Part shown: positions 35,800-44,703 of the stretch, piece by piece | How the letters are laid out: each line of letters opens with the position of its first letter | How positions within the stretch are numbered: position 1 is the stretch's first letter | Assembly (NCBI GenBank): GCA_027491415.1 | Contig: JAOZFH010000026.1 | Location: 32,001-96,000, forward strand | DNA: 64,000 nt | Direction of reading: 5' to 3' | DNA from: Thermoproteota archaeon | GTDB taxonomy: Archaea; Korarchaeota; Korarchaeia; Korarchaeales; Korarchaeaceae | Notes under the pieces: generated by a model | The model's database searches: none | What the model was told of the DNA's origin: nothing | What the model saw: only the letters and a program-made list of their open reading frames with translations | Translations under genes and position numbers: made by a program

Positions 35800-38480
35800 G
35801 GATTAGGCGAGTCAGGCTCAGGAACTTCAGGTCTCACGCTGAGACCGAGGTGGGGTTCGACTTCGGGGTCAATGCAATAATCGGTCAGAACGGCGCCGGG
35901 AAGACTTCCCTACTGGAGGGGATCGCCTACGCGCTGTTTCCGGAGCTTTTCAGGGGCGTCACCTCTGATCTCACTCGAAGGGGCTCCGGCTCCATGGAGG
36001 TCGAGCTCGAGTTCGAGCAGGGCGGCAGGAGGTACCTGGTCTGGCGAAAGAGGGACCGCTCGGGCCCACAGGCGCGTCTGATGGTTAGGCGGGACTCTGG
36101 GTGGAGTCTGCTGCAGACCTCGCAGAGGGACGTCAGTGCTGAGCTGGCCAGGATACTTGGGACCAATCCAGAGGCCTTCGTCACGGCGATGTACGTTAGG
36201 CAGGGGGAGATCTTCGGCTTCCTGGAAAAGAGGGCCTCCGAGCGGACAAAAACGATAAACCGCCTGCTGGGAGGGGAACTCTTCGACAGGATGGAGAGGG
36301 ACCTCGGGGAGGCGCTGGGCAGGTTCAGGTCGAGACTCGAGCGGCTGGAGGGCGAGATCTCCACGCTGGAGAGGCAGCTGAAGGCGACGGACCAGTTTAG
36401 GGACGACCTCTCAAGCGTGGATGCGGAGCTTGAGAGGATCGAAAGCCAGCTGGGCAGCCTAGAGACGAGGCTCAAGTCGGTCGAGCGTGAGGAGGAGAAG
36501 CTGCGGGAGCTGAGGGATGCCTACCTGAAGCTCGCGCAGGCCAGGGAGCAAGCTGAACGCGACCTGAGGGATTGTAGGAGGAGGATCTCCCAGATCGGCT
36601 CGCAGCTTGAAAGTCTAAATCAGGAGCTAGTTCGGCTTGACGAATTAAAGTCGCTCGCCGAGTTCGAGCCGCTTCTGACGGAACTCGACTCGCTGATCAG
36701 ATCGGAAAACGCCTTGAGGGCCGAGCTCTCCAGCCTAGAGCGCGAGCAGAGGTCTCTGGATGAGGCGAGGAGGAACGTGGAGCGCCTGGGGTCCCTGCGT
36801 GAGGAGTATGAGAGGATCTCGCTTGAGCTTGAGGGCGTCTCAAAGAGCCTGGCGATGGTGGAGGAAAAGGCTCAAAGAGCCGAGCGGCTCTGGGCCCAGT
36901 TGAGAGAGGCTAGGGAGCGCCTGCAGAGGGTTGAGGGTAGGCTGCGAGGGCTGCTGAACAGGCTGCCTCCCTACCTGGGGTTGGGAGACCTCGACTCGCT
37001 TTGTCGCGAGAGTGGGAGGCTCCTATCCGAGGCAAGACGCGTGGGAAGGGCTCTCACCGAACTGGAGAAGAGGATCGAGTACGCCAAGGGGTGGATGAAG
37101 TTCCCGCAGGAACTCCTAAGCGCGCTTGACAGCACCCCAGATGAGTGTCCCCTCTGCGGATCTCGGCTGGACGCGGGGGGCGTCAGCAGGGTAAGGGGTA
37201 GGCTTAGGGCCGAACTCGACAGGGGTAAAGCTGAGTTAGGCAGCGCGGAGGCCGAGCTGTCTCGCATCTCGGAACTGAGAGAGGCCCTGGAGGAGTTTGA
37301 GAGACTCGCGGAGGAGGCAGACCTTCAAAGTGCGATAGCTGAGAGAGCGGCCCTGGTTGAGAAGGTAGAGGAGTTCGAGGGGGAGCTGCGTGCGCTCGAG
37401 GCCGACCTTCGTAAGAGGGATGAAATGGCCGCGCGTCGAGCAGAACTCCAAGCGAGGTTGTCAGAGCTTCAGAACAGGCTCGTTGAGCTGGGAGCGGCCG
37501 AGTCTCTGGTTAAGAGACTCAGTCCCAGGGAGGAAGACCTACTTGCGAGGATCGAGACCCTCAAGCACGAGATTAACGAGATCAGGGGGAGAAGGGACGA
37601 ACTCCTCGCGAAGCTGGGGGCGGCGGTCCGAGACATTGACTCGGCGTTGAGGCAGGCGAAGGAGGCGAGAAGGAAGCTCAAGGAACTTGAGGAGCTCATT
37701 GAGAGGAGGGGGAAGCTAAGCGCCCTGCTGAGCGAAGAGAAGAGGAGGGAGGATGAGATCGAGAGGAGGCTGAGCGAGATAAGCGTCAGCATAGAAGCCC
37801 TTGGCTTCGACGAGGACCGCTACTCTGAGATCTTGGAAGAGCTCACGCGCCTGAGGGAGGAGGTCCAAGAGCTCGTGGCCAAGAGGGAGAACCTGAAGGG
37901 GAGGAGGGAAGAGCTCATGAGACAGCTCGAGGAGGTTAAACGCCTGAAGAGCGCGCTCGGTGAGGCGAAGAAGGAAAGGGACAAGCTGGCGAGTTTTGCG
38001 AGAGCGCTAGAAGAGGTCAGGCGGTCCTTCGGGAGGGAGGGCATACAGAGGGCCCTCAGGGAGGCGGCGAGGCCCGTGCTGGAGCACTACGCCAACGAGA
38101 TACTCTCCAAGTTCGGCGTCGACTTTGACCGCTTGGAGCTGTCGGAGGACTACGAGGTCTCCCTAATCAGAGGGGGTGATAGGTTTTCCTTCCGCCAGCT
38201 CAGCGGTGGAGAACAGGTCGCTCTCGCCCTCTCCCTCAGGCTGGGGCTGGCTAAGGCCATGGCCGGGACCTCGCTGGAGTCCATCTTGCTCGACGAGCCG
38301 ACGGTTCACCTCGACTCAGAGAGGAGGAGGGAGCTCGTGTCAGCCATTGGAGAGCTGGACCTGCCCCAGGTGATCGTTGTCACCCACTCTGGAGAATTTG
38401 AGGAGGTCGCCAGCTCACTCTACACGATCGAGAAAAGGGGCGGAACTTCGGTGGTGATGCCCTCGGTGAGCATGGGCTAG
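35796..38480 (+). CDS. rad50: Rad50 ATPase
   Basis: GQNGAGKT, coiled coil with CPLC zinc hook, LSGGE and LLDEPT motifs. Confidence 0.95.
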   Translation: MRIRRVRLRNFRSHAETEVGFDFGVNAIIGQNGAGKTSLLEGIAYALFPELFRGVTSDLTRRGSGSMEVELEFEQGGRRYLVWRKRDRSGPQARLMVRRDSGWSLLQTSQRDVSAELARILGTNPEAFVTAMYVRQGEIFGFLEKRASERTKTINRLLGGELFDRMERDLGEALGRFRSRLERLEGEISTLERQLKATDQFRDDLSSVDAELERIESQLGSLETRLKSVEREEEKLRELRDAYLKLAQAREQAERDLRDCRRRISQIGSQLESLNQELVRLDELKSLAEFEPLLTELDSLIRSENALRAELSSLEREQRSLDEARRNVERLGSLREEYERISLELEGVSKSLAMVEEKAQRAERLWAQLREARERLQRVEGRLRGLLNRLPPYLGLGDLDSLCRESGRLLSEARRVGRALTELEKRIEYAKGWMKFPQELLSALDSTPDECPLCGSRLDAGGVSRVRGRLRAELDRGKAELGSAEAELSRISELREALEEFERLAEEADLQSAIAERAALVEKVEEFEGELRALEADLRKRDEMAARRAELQARLSELQNRLVELGAAESLVKRLSPREEDLLARIETLKHEINEIRGRRDELLAKLGAAVRDIDSALRQAKEARRKLKELEELIERRGKLSALLSEEKRREDEIERRLSEISVSIEALGFDEDRYSEILEELTRLREEVQELVAKRENLKGRREELMRQLEEVKRLKSALGEAKKERDKLASFARALEEVRRSFGREGIQRALREAARPVLEHYANEILSKFGVDFDRLELSEDYEVSLIRGGDRFSFRQLSGGEQVALALSLRLGLAKAMAGTSLESILLDEPTVHLDSERRRELVSAIGELDLPQVIVVTHSGEFEEVASSLYTIEKRGGTSVVMPSVSMG

Positions 38481-38526
38481 GAAAACAGTTAAGGTGGGGT
38501 ACCCCCCATAACCGAGAGGCGGTGCG

Positions 38527-39120
38527 ATGGGCGAGAGCAGCAGGGACCCCTTTGAGGAGTGGATTAGGGAGATCATGAGGTTCATTCGAGAGGTCCAGAA
38601 GGACATGGAGAGGCAGCTGGAGGAGCTAATGTCCCTCGATGACCTGGAAGAGCTGGAGGACAGGCTTCCGGTGTTCAGGACTCCCAGCGGTATGGAGTTC
38701 CGCGCTCCCTTCGTATACGGCTACTACATGACCATCGGACCCGACGGAAAGCCGATAATAAGGAGATTCGGAAACGTCCCCACCCGAGAAGAGGTTAGGG
38801 AGAGCGAGATCGAGGAGATCGAGACCAGGAGAGAGGAGGAAGCTACGAGGGAGCCCGTGCTCGATGTCATGGACTTTGGGGACGAGATCGTGGTCGTGGC
38901 AGAGATCCCGGGGGTCAGCAAGGAGGACATAGACGTGTCTGCGACCGAGAGGAGGCTCACGATAAGGGCTAAGCCCTACAGCGCTAAGGTGGATCTGCCC
39001 GCCGAGGTGAAGCCCGAGGGGGCGAAGGCCACTTACAGCAACGGCATATTGGAGGTGCGGCTGCCGAAGAGGGAGGGCAAGAGGACCAAGGTGAGGGAGA
39101 AGAAGGTCAAGGTGGAGTAG
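38527..39120 (+). CDS. Small heat shock protein Hsp20
   Basis: YGY..TIGPDGKP...FGN, AEIPGV and NGILEV motifs. Confidence 0.95.
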   Translation: MGESSRDPFEEWIREIMRFIREVQKDMERQLEELMSLDDLEELEDRLPVFRTPSGMEFRAPFVYGYYMTIGPDGKPIIRRFGNVPTREEVRESEIEEIETRREEEATREPVLDVMDFGDEIVVVAEIPGVSKEDIDVSATERRLTIRAKPYSAKVDLPAEVKPEGAKATYSNGILEVRLPKREGKRTKVREKKVKVE

Positions 39121-39125
39121 GGCCC

Positions 39126-39914
39126 TCACAGGTGATATGGGAGACCCTCCTCGCCTTCCTTTCTCTCCTCCCACTCCCGCCTTCTCTCCAAGGCCTGCCT
39201 AGCCTTCTCCTCAAGCAGGGATCTCACGGACTCCTCCTCCTTTATCAGCTCGTCCAGCCCAGAAAGATCGACGTTCAACCCATACAGCTTCTCTAACAGG
39301 AGGATGAGTCTCTTAGAGGCCCTGGGATCCGGTCTCTGCCCCTCAGTGGTGCTCAAGACGCAGGCGCTGGGGATGCCCCGCAGGTGACCCAGCCCAACCA
39401 GCAAACCTGCTGCGCCCGTGACGAACCCCCCCTGGAGCCTCATCACACCAGCCGCCTCCAGCTTCTCCCAGAGCGAGTCGTCGTTGGAGGCGGCGAACAC
39501 GCCCTCCACGTCGGGGCTCCCCGGCACATAGCCGCCGAAGGTCAGGAGCTCCTCGACCCCCAGCTCCTGAGCATAGTCGAGAACGAGTTCGCCAACCGAG
39601 TACTGGCCCCACGGAATGGGTTGAACGTCTGAGGTGAGGAGGAGGAAGTCCACTTCAGCGCTGGGTTGGCTGAGGTAGTAGAGGTAATAAGCGGGGGGCA
39701 CCACATCCCCGTCCGAGACGCTGACCCCCGCGCTCCCGTCGGGGAGCGGGAGATAGTCGCTGAAGATCCTAGCTACGAGCCTCGGGCTGGCGTTGTCTAT
39801 TAGGTACTGAACCGCAATCTTTCCAACTAGCCCCAGCCCCGGCACCCCCTGGACGAGCACCAGTTTGCGCTCGGGCTTCACCTCAGCAACCCTGACCAGC
39901 TCTAGGTGGGGCAT
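39126..39914 (-). CDS. Proteasome assembly chaperone (PAC2) family protein
   Basis: GVPGLGLVGKIA, D.QP, G.V.GAAGLL and PDPRAS motifs. Confidence 0.85.
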   Translation of the reverse strand: MPHLELVRVAEVKPERKLVLVQGVPGLGLVGKIAVQYLIDNASPRLVARIFSDYLPLPDGSAGVSVSDGDVVPPAYYLYYLSQPSAEVDFLLLTSDVQPIPWGQYSVGELVLDYAQELGVEELLTFGGYVPGSPDVEGVFAASNDDSLWEKLEAAGVMRLQGGFVTGAAGLLVGLGHLRGIPSACVLSTTEGQRPDPRASKRLILLLEKLYGLNVDLSGLDELIKEEESVRSLLEEKARQALERRREWEERKEGEEGLPYHL

Positions 39915-39966
39915 CGCCCTGCCGACGCATGTGGGCTTTTAACCTATGGTGTTGACGGGCGGGACG

Positions 39967-41286
39967 ATGAGAGTAGTCGTCGTCGGGAACGGGACGGCCG
40001 GGCAGACGGCAGCCGGGTTCGCCAAGAAGGACAGCCCCGAGAGCGAAGTGATCGTCCTAGAGAGACACCCTTACCCATCTTACCACCCGTGCGCCCTGCC
40101 TTACGTGGTGGCAGGGGAAATTCCTCTCGAGAGCGTCGTTGACAGGGTTCCGAGGCCCGGTATAGAGGTCATCACATCAGCCGAGGTAGAGGGGATCGAC
40201 CTGGAGGGAAAGAAGGTTCACTTCTCCAAGGACGGCTCTCAGGAGTCGCTGGAGTACGACGCTCTCGTTATAGCGACTGGGCTCAGGCCCACGAGGCCGC
40301 CGATCTCGGGGCTAGATCTCGAGGGGGTGCGGCTCCTCTGGGACGTTGAGGATGCGGAGTACATCCTGAAGCACATGGGGGAGCGGATAGTCGTCGTCGG
40401 GGGCAGCGCCACGGGCTTGGAGGTTGCCGGCGCGCTCGCTAAGGGTGGAAAGGATGTGTGGCTCGTCGAGATGATGGAGCAGCTCATGCCGGGCAAGGTG
40501 GACCCGCCGGTGGCTTCGACAGTGGCCAAGTACCTGCGCTCGCTGGGCGTGAGGGTGCTGCTGAAGTCTCCCGTCAAGGAGATCAGGGGGCCCACCGGGA
40601 GGGCCTCCGAGGTTCTGGCGGGAGACCATGTGATAGAGGCGGATACCGTCATAGTCGCGGCGGGCGTGAGGCCGAACTCCAAGCTGGCGGCGGAGGCGGG
40701 TATACCCATAGGGGAGACCGGTGGAATCAGGGTAGACGACAGGATGAGGGCCGCCCCCGGAGTGTACGCCGCCGGAGACGTGGCGGAGGTCTGGGAGTAC
40801 GTCACAGGTCGGCCCGTGGTCACCGGGCTAGTTTCCACGGCCCTCGTTCAGGGAAGGATAGCTGGCCGAAACGCCGTTGGGGGGGGCCTGAGGTATCGCG
40901 GCGCCCTCTCTCCGTACGTGATTCACGTCGGAGATCGCCTGTTGGGCGGCGTCGGCCTGTCCGCCACTCAGGCCACGAGATGGGGGCTAGAGCACGTTAC
41001 CGGCAGACTCTCTACGCTTGACTTGGAGAGGTTCGCCCCCGGCGTGGATAGGGTGCTCTCCTGGCTGGTTGCCACTAGGGAGGGGCGCCTGATCGGGGCT
41101 CAGTTCTGGGGTGCCAGGGAGGTGTGGGGGAGGGTATCATCGGCCGCGCTGGCGATACTGAGTGGGATGAGTCTTCAGGATCTCTTGACCACGGAGTTCG
41201 CCTATCACCCACTCCTCACGCCGGTCAGTGAGCCCTTGACCGTGCTCGCGGACAGCGTCTTGAGGAGGTTCAAGATGGCCCCATAG
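39967..41286 (+). CDS. NAD(P)H oxidase / CoA-disulfide reductase-like flavoprotein
   Basis: SYHPCALPY redox Cys, ATG, GGSATG, YAAGD and AYHP motifs. Confidence 0.85.
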   Translation: MRVVVVGNGTAGQTAAGFAKKDSPESEVIVLERHPYPSYHPCALPYVVAGEIPLESVVDRVPRPGIEVITSAEVEGIDLEGKKVHFSKDGSQESLEYDALVIATGLRPTRPPISGLDLEGVRLLWDVEDAEYILKHMGERIVVVGGSATGLEVAGALAKGGKDVWLVEMMEQLMPGKVDPPVASTVAKYLRSLGVRVLLKSPVKEIRGPTGRASEVLAGDHVIEADTVIVAAGVRPNSKLAAEAGIPIGETGGIRVDDRMRAAPGVYAAGDVAEVWEYVTGRPVVTGLVSTALVQGRIAGRNAVGGGLRYRGALSPYVIHVGDRLLGGVGLSATQATRWGLEHVTGRLSTLDLERFAPGVDRVLSWLVATREGRLIGAQFWGAREVWGRVSSAALAILSGMSLQDLLTTEFAYHPLLTPVSEPLTVLADSVLRRFKMAP

Positions 41287-41295
41287 GGAGGGCAC

Positions 41296-42339
41296 TCATC
41301 CCGCCAGGTGCTCTGCCTCCCGGAGCAGGACCTCCACCGGGCTCTCGAGTAGGGAGAGCACGGGTCGAGGATCGACTCTGAACTCGTCGGGGTCGTGGAC
41401 GATTCTCCCCAGGAGAGTCAGCGCGTCCCTCGGATCCCTGGATCTGAATAGGGGCAGCCCCAGGGAAGCAAGGAACTCGTCGACGTACAGTGGGTCTTCC
41501 AGCGGAAATAGAGAGATGGCGGGCGTCCCGAACATCGCCGCCTCTCTTGACATGGTGCCGCCCCCCGAGATGACGACGTCCGCAGTCGTGTATAGGGGGG
41601 CGGGATCAACCGCCCTGTCGGGGATCACGACGCGATCTCCGTACCTCCTCCGAAAGTACTCACTCTGGTCATCGTACCTAGGGAGGAGCACGACCCTGTA
41701 CCCTCTGTCAAGAAGGAACCCGAGGCACGGCTCAACGACGCTGGCTTGGCCGGCTGCGCCGGTCAGATATGCCGCGTGAGACTCCTCAGGTCTAACTACG
41801 GCCAAGCCCCCTTCTCTGCGTCTACGTCGGAGTCGCTCCAGGGCCGGGAGAACCCAAGACACCTCGTCTACCCCGTAGTAGGGTCTCAGCGTCTCAGCCC
41901 TCGCGCCTAGACTGAGCCACCTGTAGGCGGGAACTGCCGCCGGGTAGACGAGGCGGTCGGTGAGGGGGAGAGTTAGCCTCCCCACATGTACGGAGTGGGG
42001 GGTGTCGTTCAGCGAGATCACCCTCACGCCGAGGCCAAATGCCACCCTGACTGCCTCTGGAGAGGACAGGCTCATCAGGACGTGTGGCTCAAACTCGGTG
42101 ACGAGATCGACTAGATCCAAGGCCCTGTGGGCGTACGCCTTGAGCTTTGAGAGCAGTTCCCTCCCTCCGTGTCTACCAACGGAGATGTGAGGGACCCCCT
42201 CCATAGAGAGAATCTGCGTGGTCTCTCCGTGGAGGCGGGTCGTCAGGAGGACCTCGTGGCCCCTAGATTTGGCGACTCGATAGACCTGAGAGAACACCCT
42301 GGCCTGCTTGGGGGTCATCACGTCTATCCAAATCCTCAA
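41296..42339 (-). CDS. DUF354 family (GT-B-like) protein
   Basis: IWID..TPKQ, SPEA.RVAFGLG, RPEE..AAY and GGTM.REAA..GTP motifs; TTG start overlaps the PadR stop. Confidence 0.85.
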   Translation of the reverse strand: MRIWIDVMTPKQARVFSQVYRVAKSRGHEVLLTTRLHGETTQILSMEGVPHISVGRHGGRELLSKLKAYAHRALDLVDLVTEFEPHVLMSLSSPEAVRVAFGLGVRVISLNDTPHSVHVGRLTLPLTDRLVYPAAVPAYRWLSLGARAETLRPYYGVDEVSWVLPALERLRRRRREGGLAVVRPEESHAAYLTGAAGQASVVEPCLGFLLDRGYRVVLLPRYDDQSEYFRRRYGDRVVIPDRAVDPAPLYTTADVVISGGGTMSREAAMFGTPAISLFPLEDPLYVDEFLASLGLPLFRSRDPRDALTLLGRIVHDPDEFRVDPRPVLSLLESPVEVLLREAEHLAG

Positions 42340-42686
42340 CTCCCCACACTCTCCTCTCCCGGTCCGAAGAGGGAGTTCACGAGGCTCCTCAGGAAGTTCT
42401 CTGCCTCCCTCAGCACCTCCCTGCCCTTGTCGGTTAGCTCGTAGTAGTTCCTGACTCTCCCTTGGCTGCTCTTCCTCCTCACTATGCGGATGTACCCGTC
42501 CATCTCGAGTCTCTTCATGACGATGTAGCCCGTTACGCGCGCAGGCTTCCAGCCAAATCTCTTCTCCATGAGATCCGGTATTTCGTAGGGGTACTTCGGC
42601 CCGTCCTTGAGTAGAGTGAGTATGTATAGCCAGAGGTTCTCTATCGTGAGCTTCCTCTTGAGCCTCTCGATGGGCGTAGCCATCAC
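42336..42686 (-). CDS. PadR family transcriptional regulator
   Basis: ENLWLYIL.LL...P.Y.YE, Y....RLE.DG and R.YYELT.KG motifs. Confidence 0.9.
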   Translation of the reverse strand: MMATPIERLKRKLTIENLWLYILTLLKDGPKYPYEIPDLMEKRFGWKPARVTGYIVMKRLEMDGYIRIVRRKSSQGRVRNYYELTDKGREVLREAENFLRSLVNSLFGPGEESVGS

Positions 42687-43480
42687 CCCACGTATCCCGT
42701 CTCATCCGAACCGGTCGATGTCATGGAGGATATCTGCTCCTCGAGCTGACGTAGGATGCTCCTCTTCATCTCCTCGAACTCTCTTATCCTCCTTTCTATG
42801 CTCCCCAAGTTTAGTTGAAGGTTCAGGGCTGAGTTCAGAATCTTCAGAACCTCCCCTGCAGCCCTGAAGTCGGGGGCCGAGGTCTCGGAGACCCCCGTCA
42901 AGGAAACGTACGGCAGGTTAAAGAGCTTGGCAGACGCGAGAGTGGCTCCCGCCAGGCCGACTATGGACTTCATGGGAGTCTTCTCCTCTGCGCCGGCGGA
43001 GATGATCCTCTGGAGCAGGTCCGAATTGGTTCCAAAGGCCAGCACCCGCCCCGCTATGTCCGGATCCGCGAAGCCGGTCACGACGAGAAGCGAGCTGGCC
43101 CCGAGGGACATCAATTTCCCCAAGAGCTTGGACGCGACCTCGAGCTGGCCCCAAGGGACCGGCTGGACCTGACTCGTGATCAGGAGGAGTCTCCCGACAC
43201 TCGAGACTTTTTCTCTGGTGTGATAAATGTCGATCGAGGGCAGTTCGAAGCTGCCGTCTTCGGATATCGATATGCCGGCAACGTTACCCGGGAGGAACAG
43301 GTACTCCGAGTAAAGCCTCGCCAGCGGCTCGGCTCCCAGCTCCTCCGAGAGGTAGGTGACCACGCCCGCCCCGACGTTGGCCACCCCGGGATACCCGGCT
43401 ATGGCCAGCCCGTAGCCCCCTGCCGGTTCACCGAGTATAGAGAACTTCAGCCAGCCCATTTCGCCAACTACCTCGACCAA
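42683..43480 (-). CDS. Second PAC2 family protein
   Basis: GYPGVANVG, VQP.PWGQ, IVGLAG and PDFRAA motifs; paralog of 39126-39914. Confidence 0.8.
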   Translation of the reverse strand: MVEVVGEMGWLKFSILGEPAGGYGLAIAGYPGVANVGAGVVTYLSEELGAEPLARLYSEYLFLPGNVAGISISEDGSFELPSIDIYHTREKVSSVGRLLLITSQVQPVPWGQLEVASKLLGKLMSLGASSLLVVTGFADPDIAGRVLAFGTNSDLLQRIISAGAEEKTPMKSIVGLAGATLASAKLFNLPYVSLTGVSETSAPDFRAAGEVLKILNSALNLQLNLGSIERRIREFEEMKRSILRQLEEQISSMTSTGSDETGYVG

Positions 43481-43495
43481 TCGTTGCCTCAGTTG

Positions 43496-44476
43496 CTAAT
43501 AATTTGAGTTAGCTTGGGGTTGACGCGGAAAGAGGAGGGGCCTGTGGGCCAGCCCCTGCAGCTCCAGCTTCATTTGGCAAGTCTTGCAGATCTCACCAGT
43601 CGTTGGCTCACCGCACAGCTTACACGACCTTAACTCGACACCAATCGCCCCGGAGGCCCTGACCTCTCCTATCACGGCCCACAGGCCCGAGAGTAGGTCC
43701 TCCTTGATTCCGGGAATGGCGAGTTCGAGCTCGTCGATCGACCTCCTGAACCCAACCCTCATGCCGGTGGTCAGGGGGCACTTGCCGAAGTGCGCCGGGA
43801 GGCCCAGATGGAGGGCGGCGGCCGCCACCTCCCTCTCCCTCACCCCGGCAAGCGGTCTGATCCTCGGAACCATGAGGGGGGACGGAGACCTTACCCCCTG
43901 ACCGGACCTCACCATGGCGGGGACGTCACCCCGAGCCAGGTTCATCAGGTGAGTCTGGAGTACGTCGTCTAGGTTGTGGCCGGTCGCCACCTTGGTGGCG
44001 CCCTCCTCCCTGGCCACCTTGTTAATGGCCCACCGCCTCAGGACTCCGCAGTAGGTACAGGCCGACCTCCTCCAGCGCCTGGGGAGGATCGACCTGATCT
44101 CCGCCACGTCTATCCCGTGGATGTCCCTCATCCCCACAACTACGTGCCTCACGCCCAGCCTTCGGGTCAGCTCGCGGGCGGCTTCTATGCCGGACCTTCT
44201 GTAAGCGGTCCCCTCGTCCACCGTGATGGCCATCAAGTCGAACTTCCTCCGCTCGACGCTCTGGTACTCCGACAAGAGGTACAGCGCGAGGGAGCTATCT
44301 TTCCCGCCCGAGAGCGCCACGGCGACCCGATCCCCGTCCTCGACGAGCCTGTCGAGCATCGAGAATACCCTTCTCCGGATGTCTTGAACGAGGCACTCGC
44401 CGCAGAGGTTCTCGTTGGTGCGATGAACCGTGTGAATGGCCTCTCTCAATCCACACCGGTCGCAGGCGGGACGCAA
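43496..44476 (-). CDS. tRNA 2-thiolation protein (TtuA/Ncs6, TIGR00269-like)
   Basis: Terminal Zn fingers, SGGKDS PP-loop, CTYCGVLRR, TGHNLDD and CP motifs. Confidence 0.9.
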   Translation of the reverse strand: MRPACDRCGLREAIHTVHRTNENLCGECLVQDIRRRVFSMLDRLVEDGDRVAVALSGGKDSSLALYLLSEYQSVERRKFDLMAITVDEGTAYRRSGIEAARELTRRLGVRHVVVGMRDIHGIDVAEIRSILPRRWRRSACTYCGVLRRWAINKVAREEGATKVATGHNLDDVLQTHLMNLARGDVPAMVRSGQGVRSPSPLMVPRIRPLAGVREREVAAAALHLGLPAHFGKCPLTTGMRVGFRRSIDELELAIPGIKEDLLSGLWAVIGEVRASGAIGVELRSCKLCGEPTTGEICKTCQMKLELQGLAHRPLLFPRQPQANSNY

Positions 44477-44482
44477 GGCTCA

Positions 44483-44692
44483 TCACACGCCCGGGTGGTG
44501 CACGGTGATCCTGACGAACCTCACGTCGTCCCCATCGGAGAGGTACATTCTCTCGGGCGCGGGAGATCCGTTCACGACGGGAACGTGGGCCTCAGGGTGA
44601 TAGCCGAGTTCGCGCATGAGCTCAGATATCCTCATGTGGGCGTCGACCGATACCTCCTCCCCCTCCAGCCGAACTCGAACCTGCCGCCCCAT
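44483..44692 (-). CDS. MoaD/ThiS-like ubiquitin-fold protein (TtuB/SAMP-like) lacking C-terminal GG
   Basis: 69 aa; ELMRELG...VVNG...LSDGDDV beta-grasp pattern; lies directly upstream of ttuA and ends HHPGV. Confidence 0.75.
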   Translation of the reverse strand: MGRQVRVRLEGEEVSVDAHMRISELMRELGYHPEAHVPVVNGSPAPERMYLSDGDDVRFVRITVHHPGV

Positions 44693-44703
44693 TTGATGGG
44701 CCC

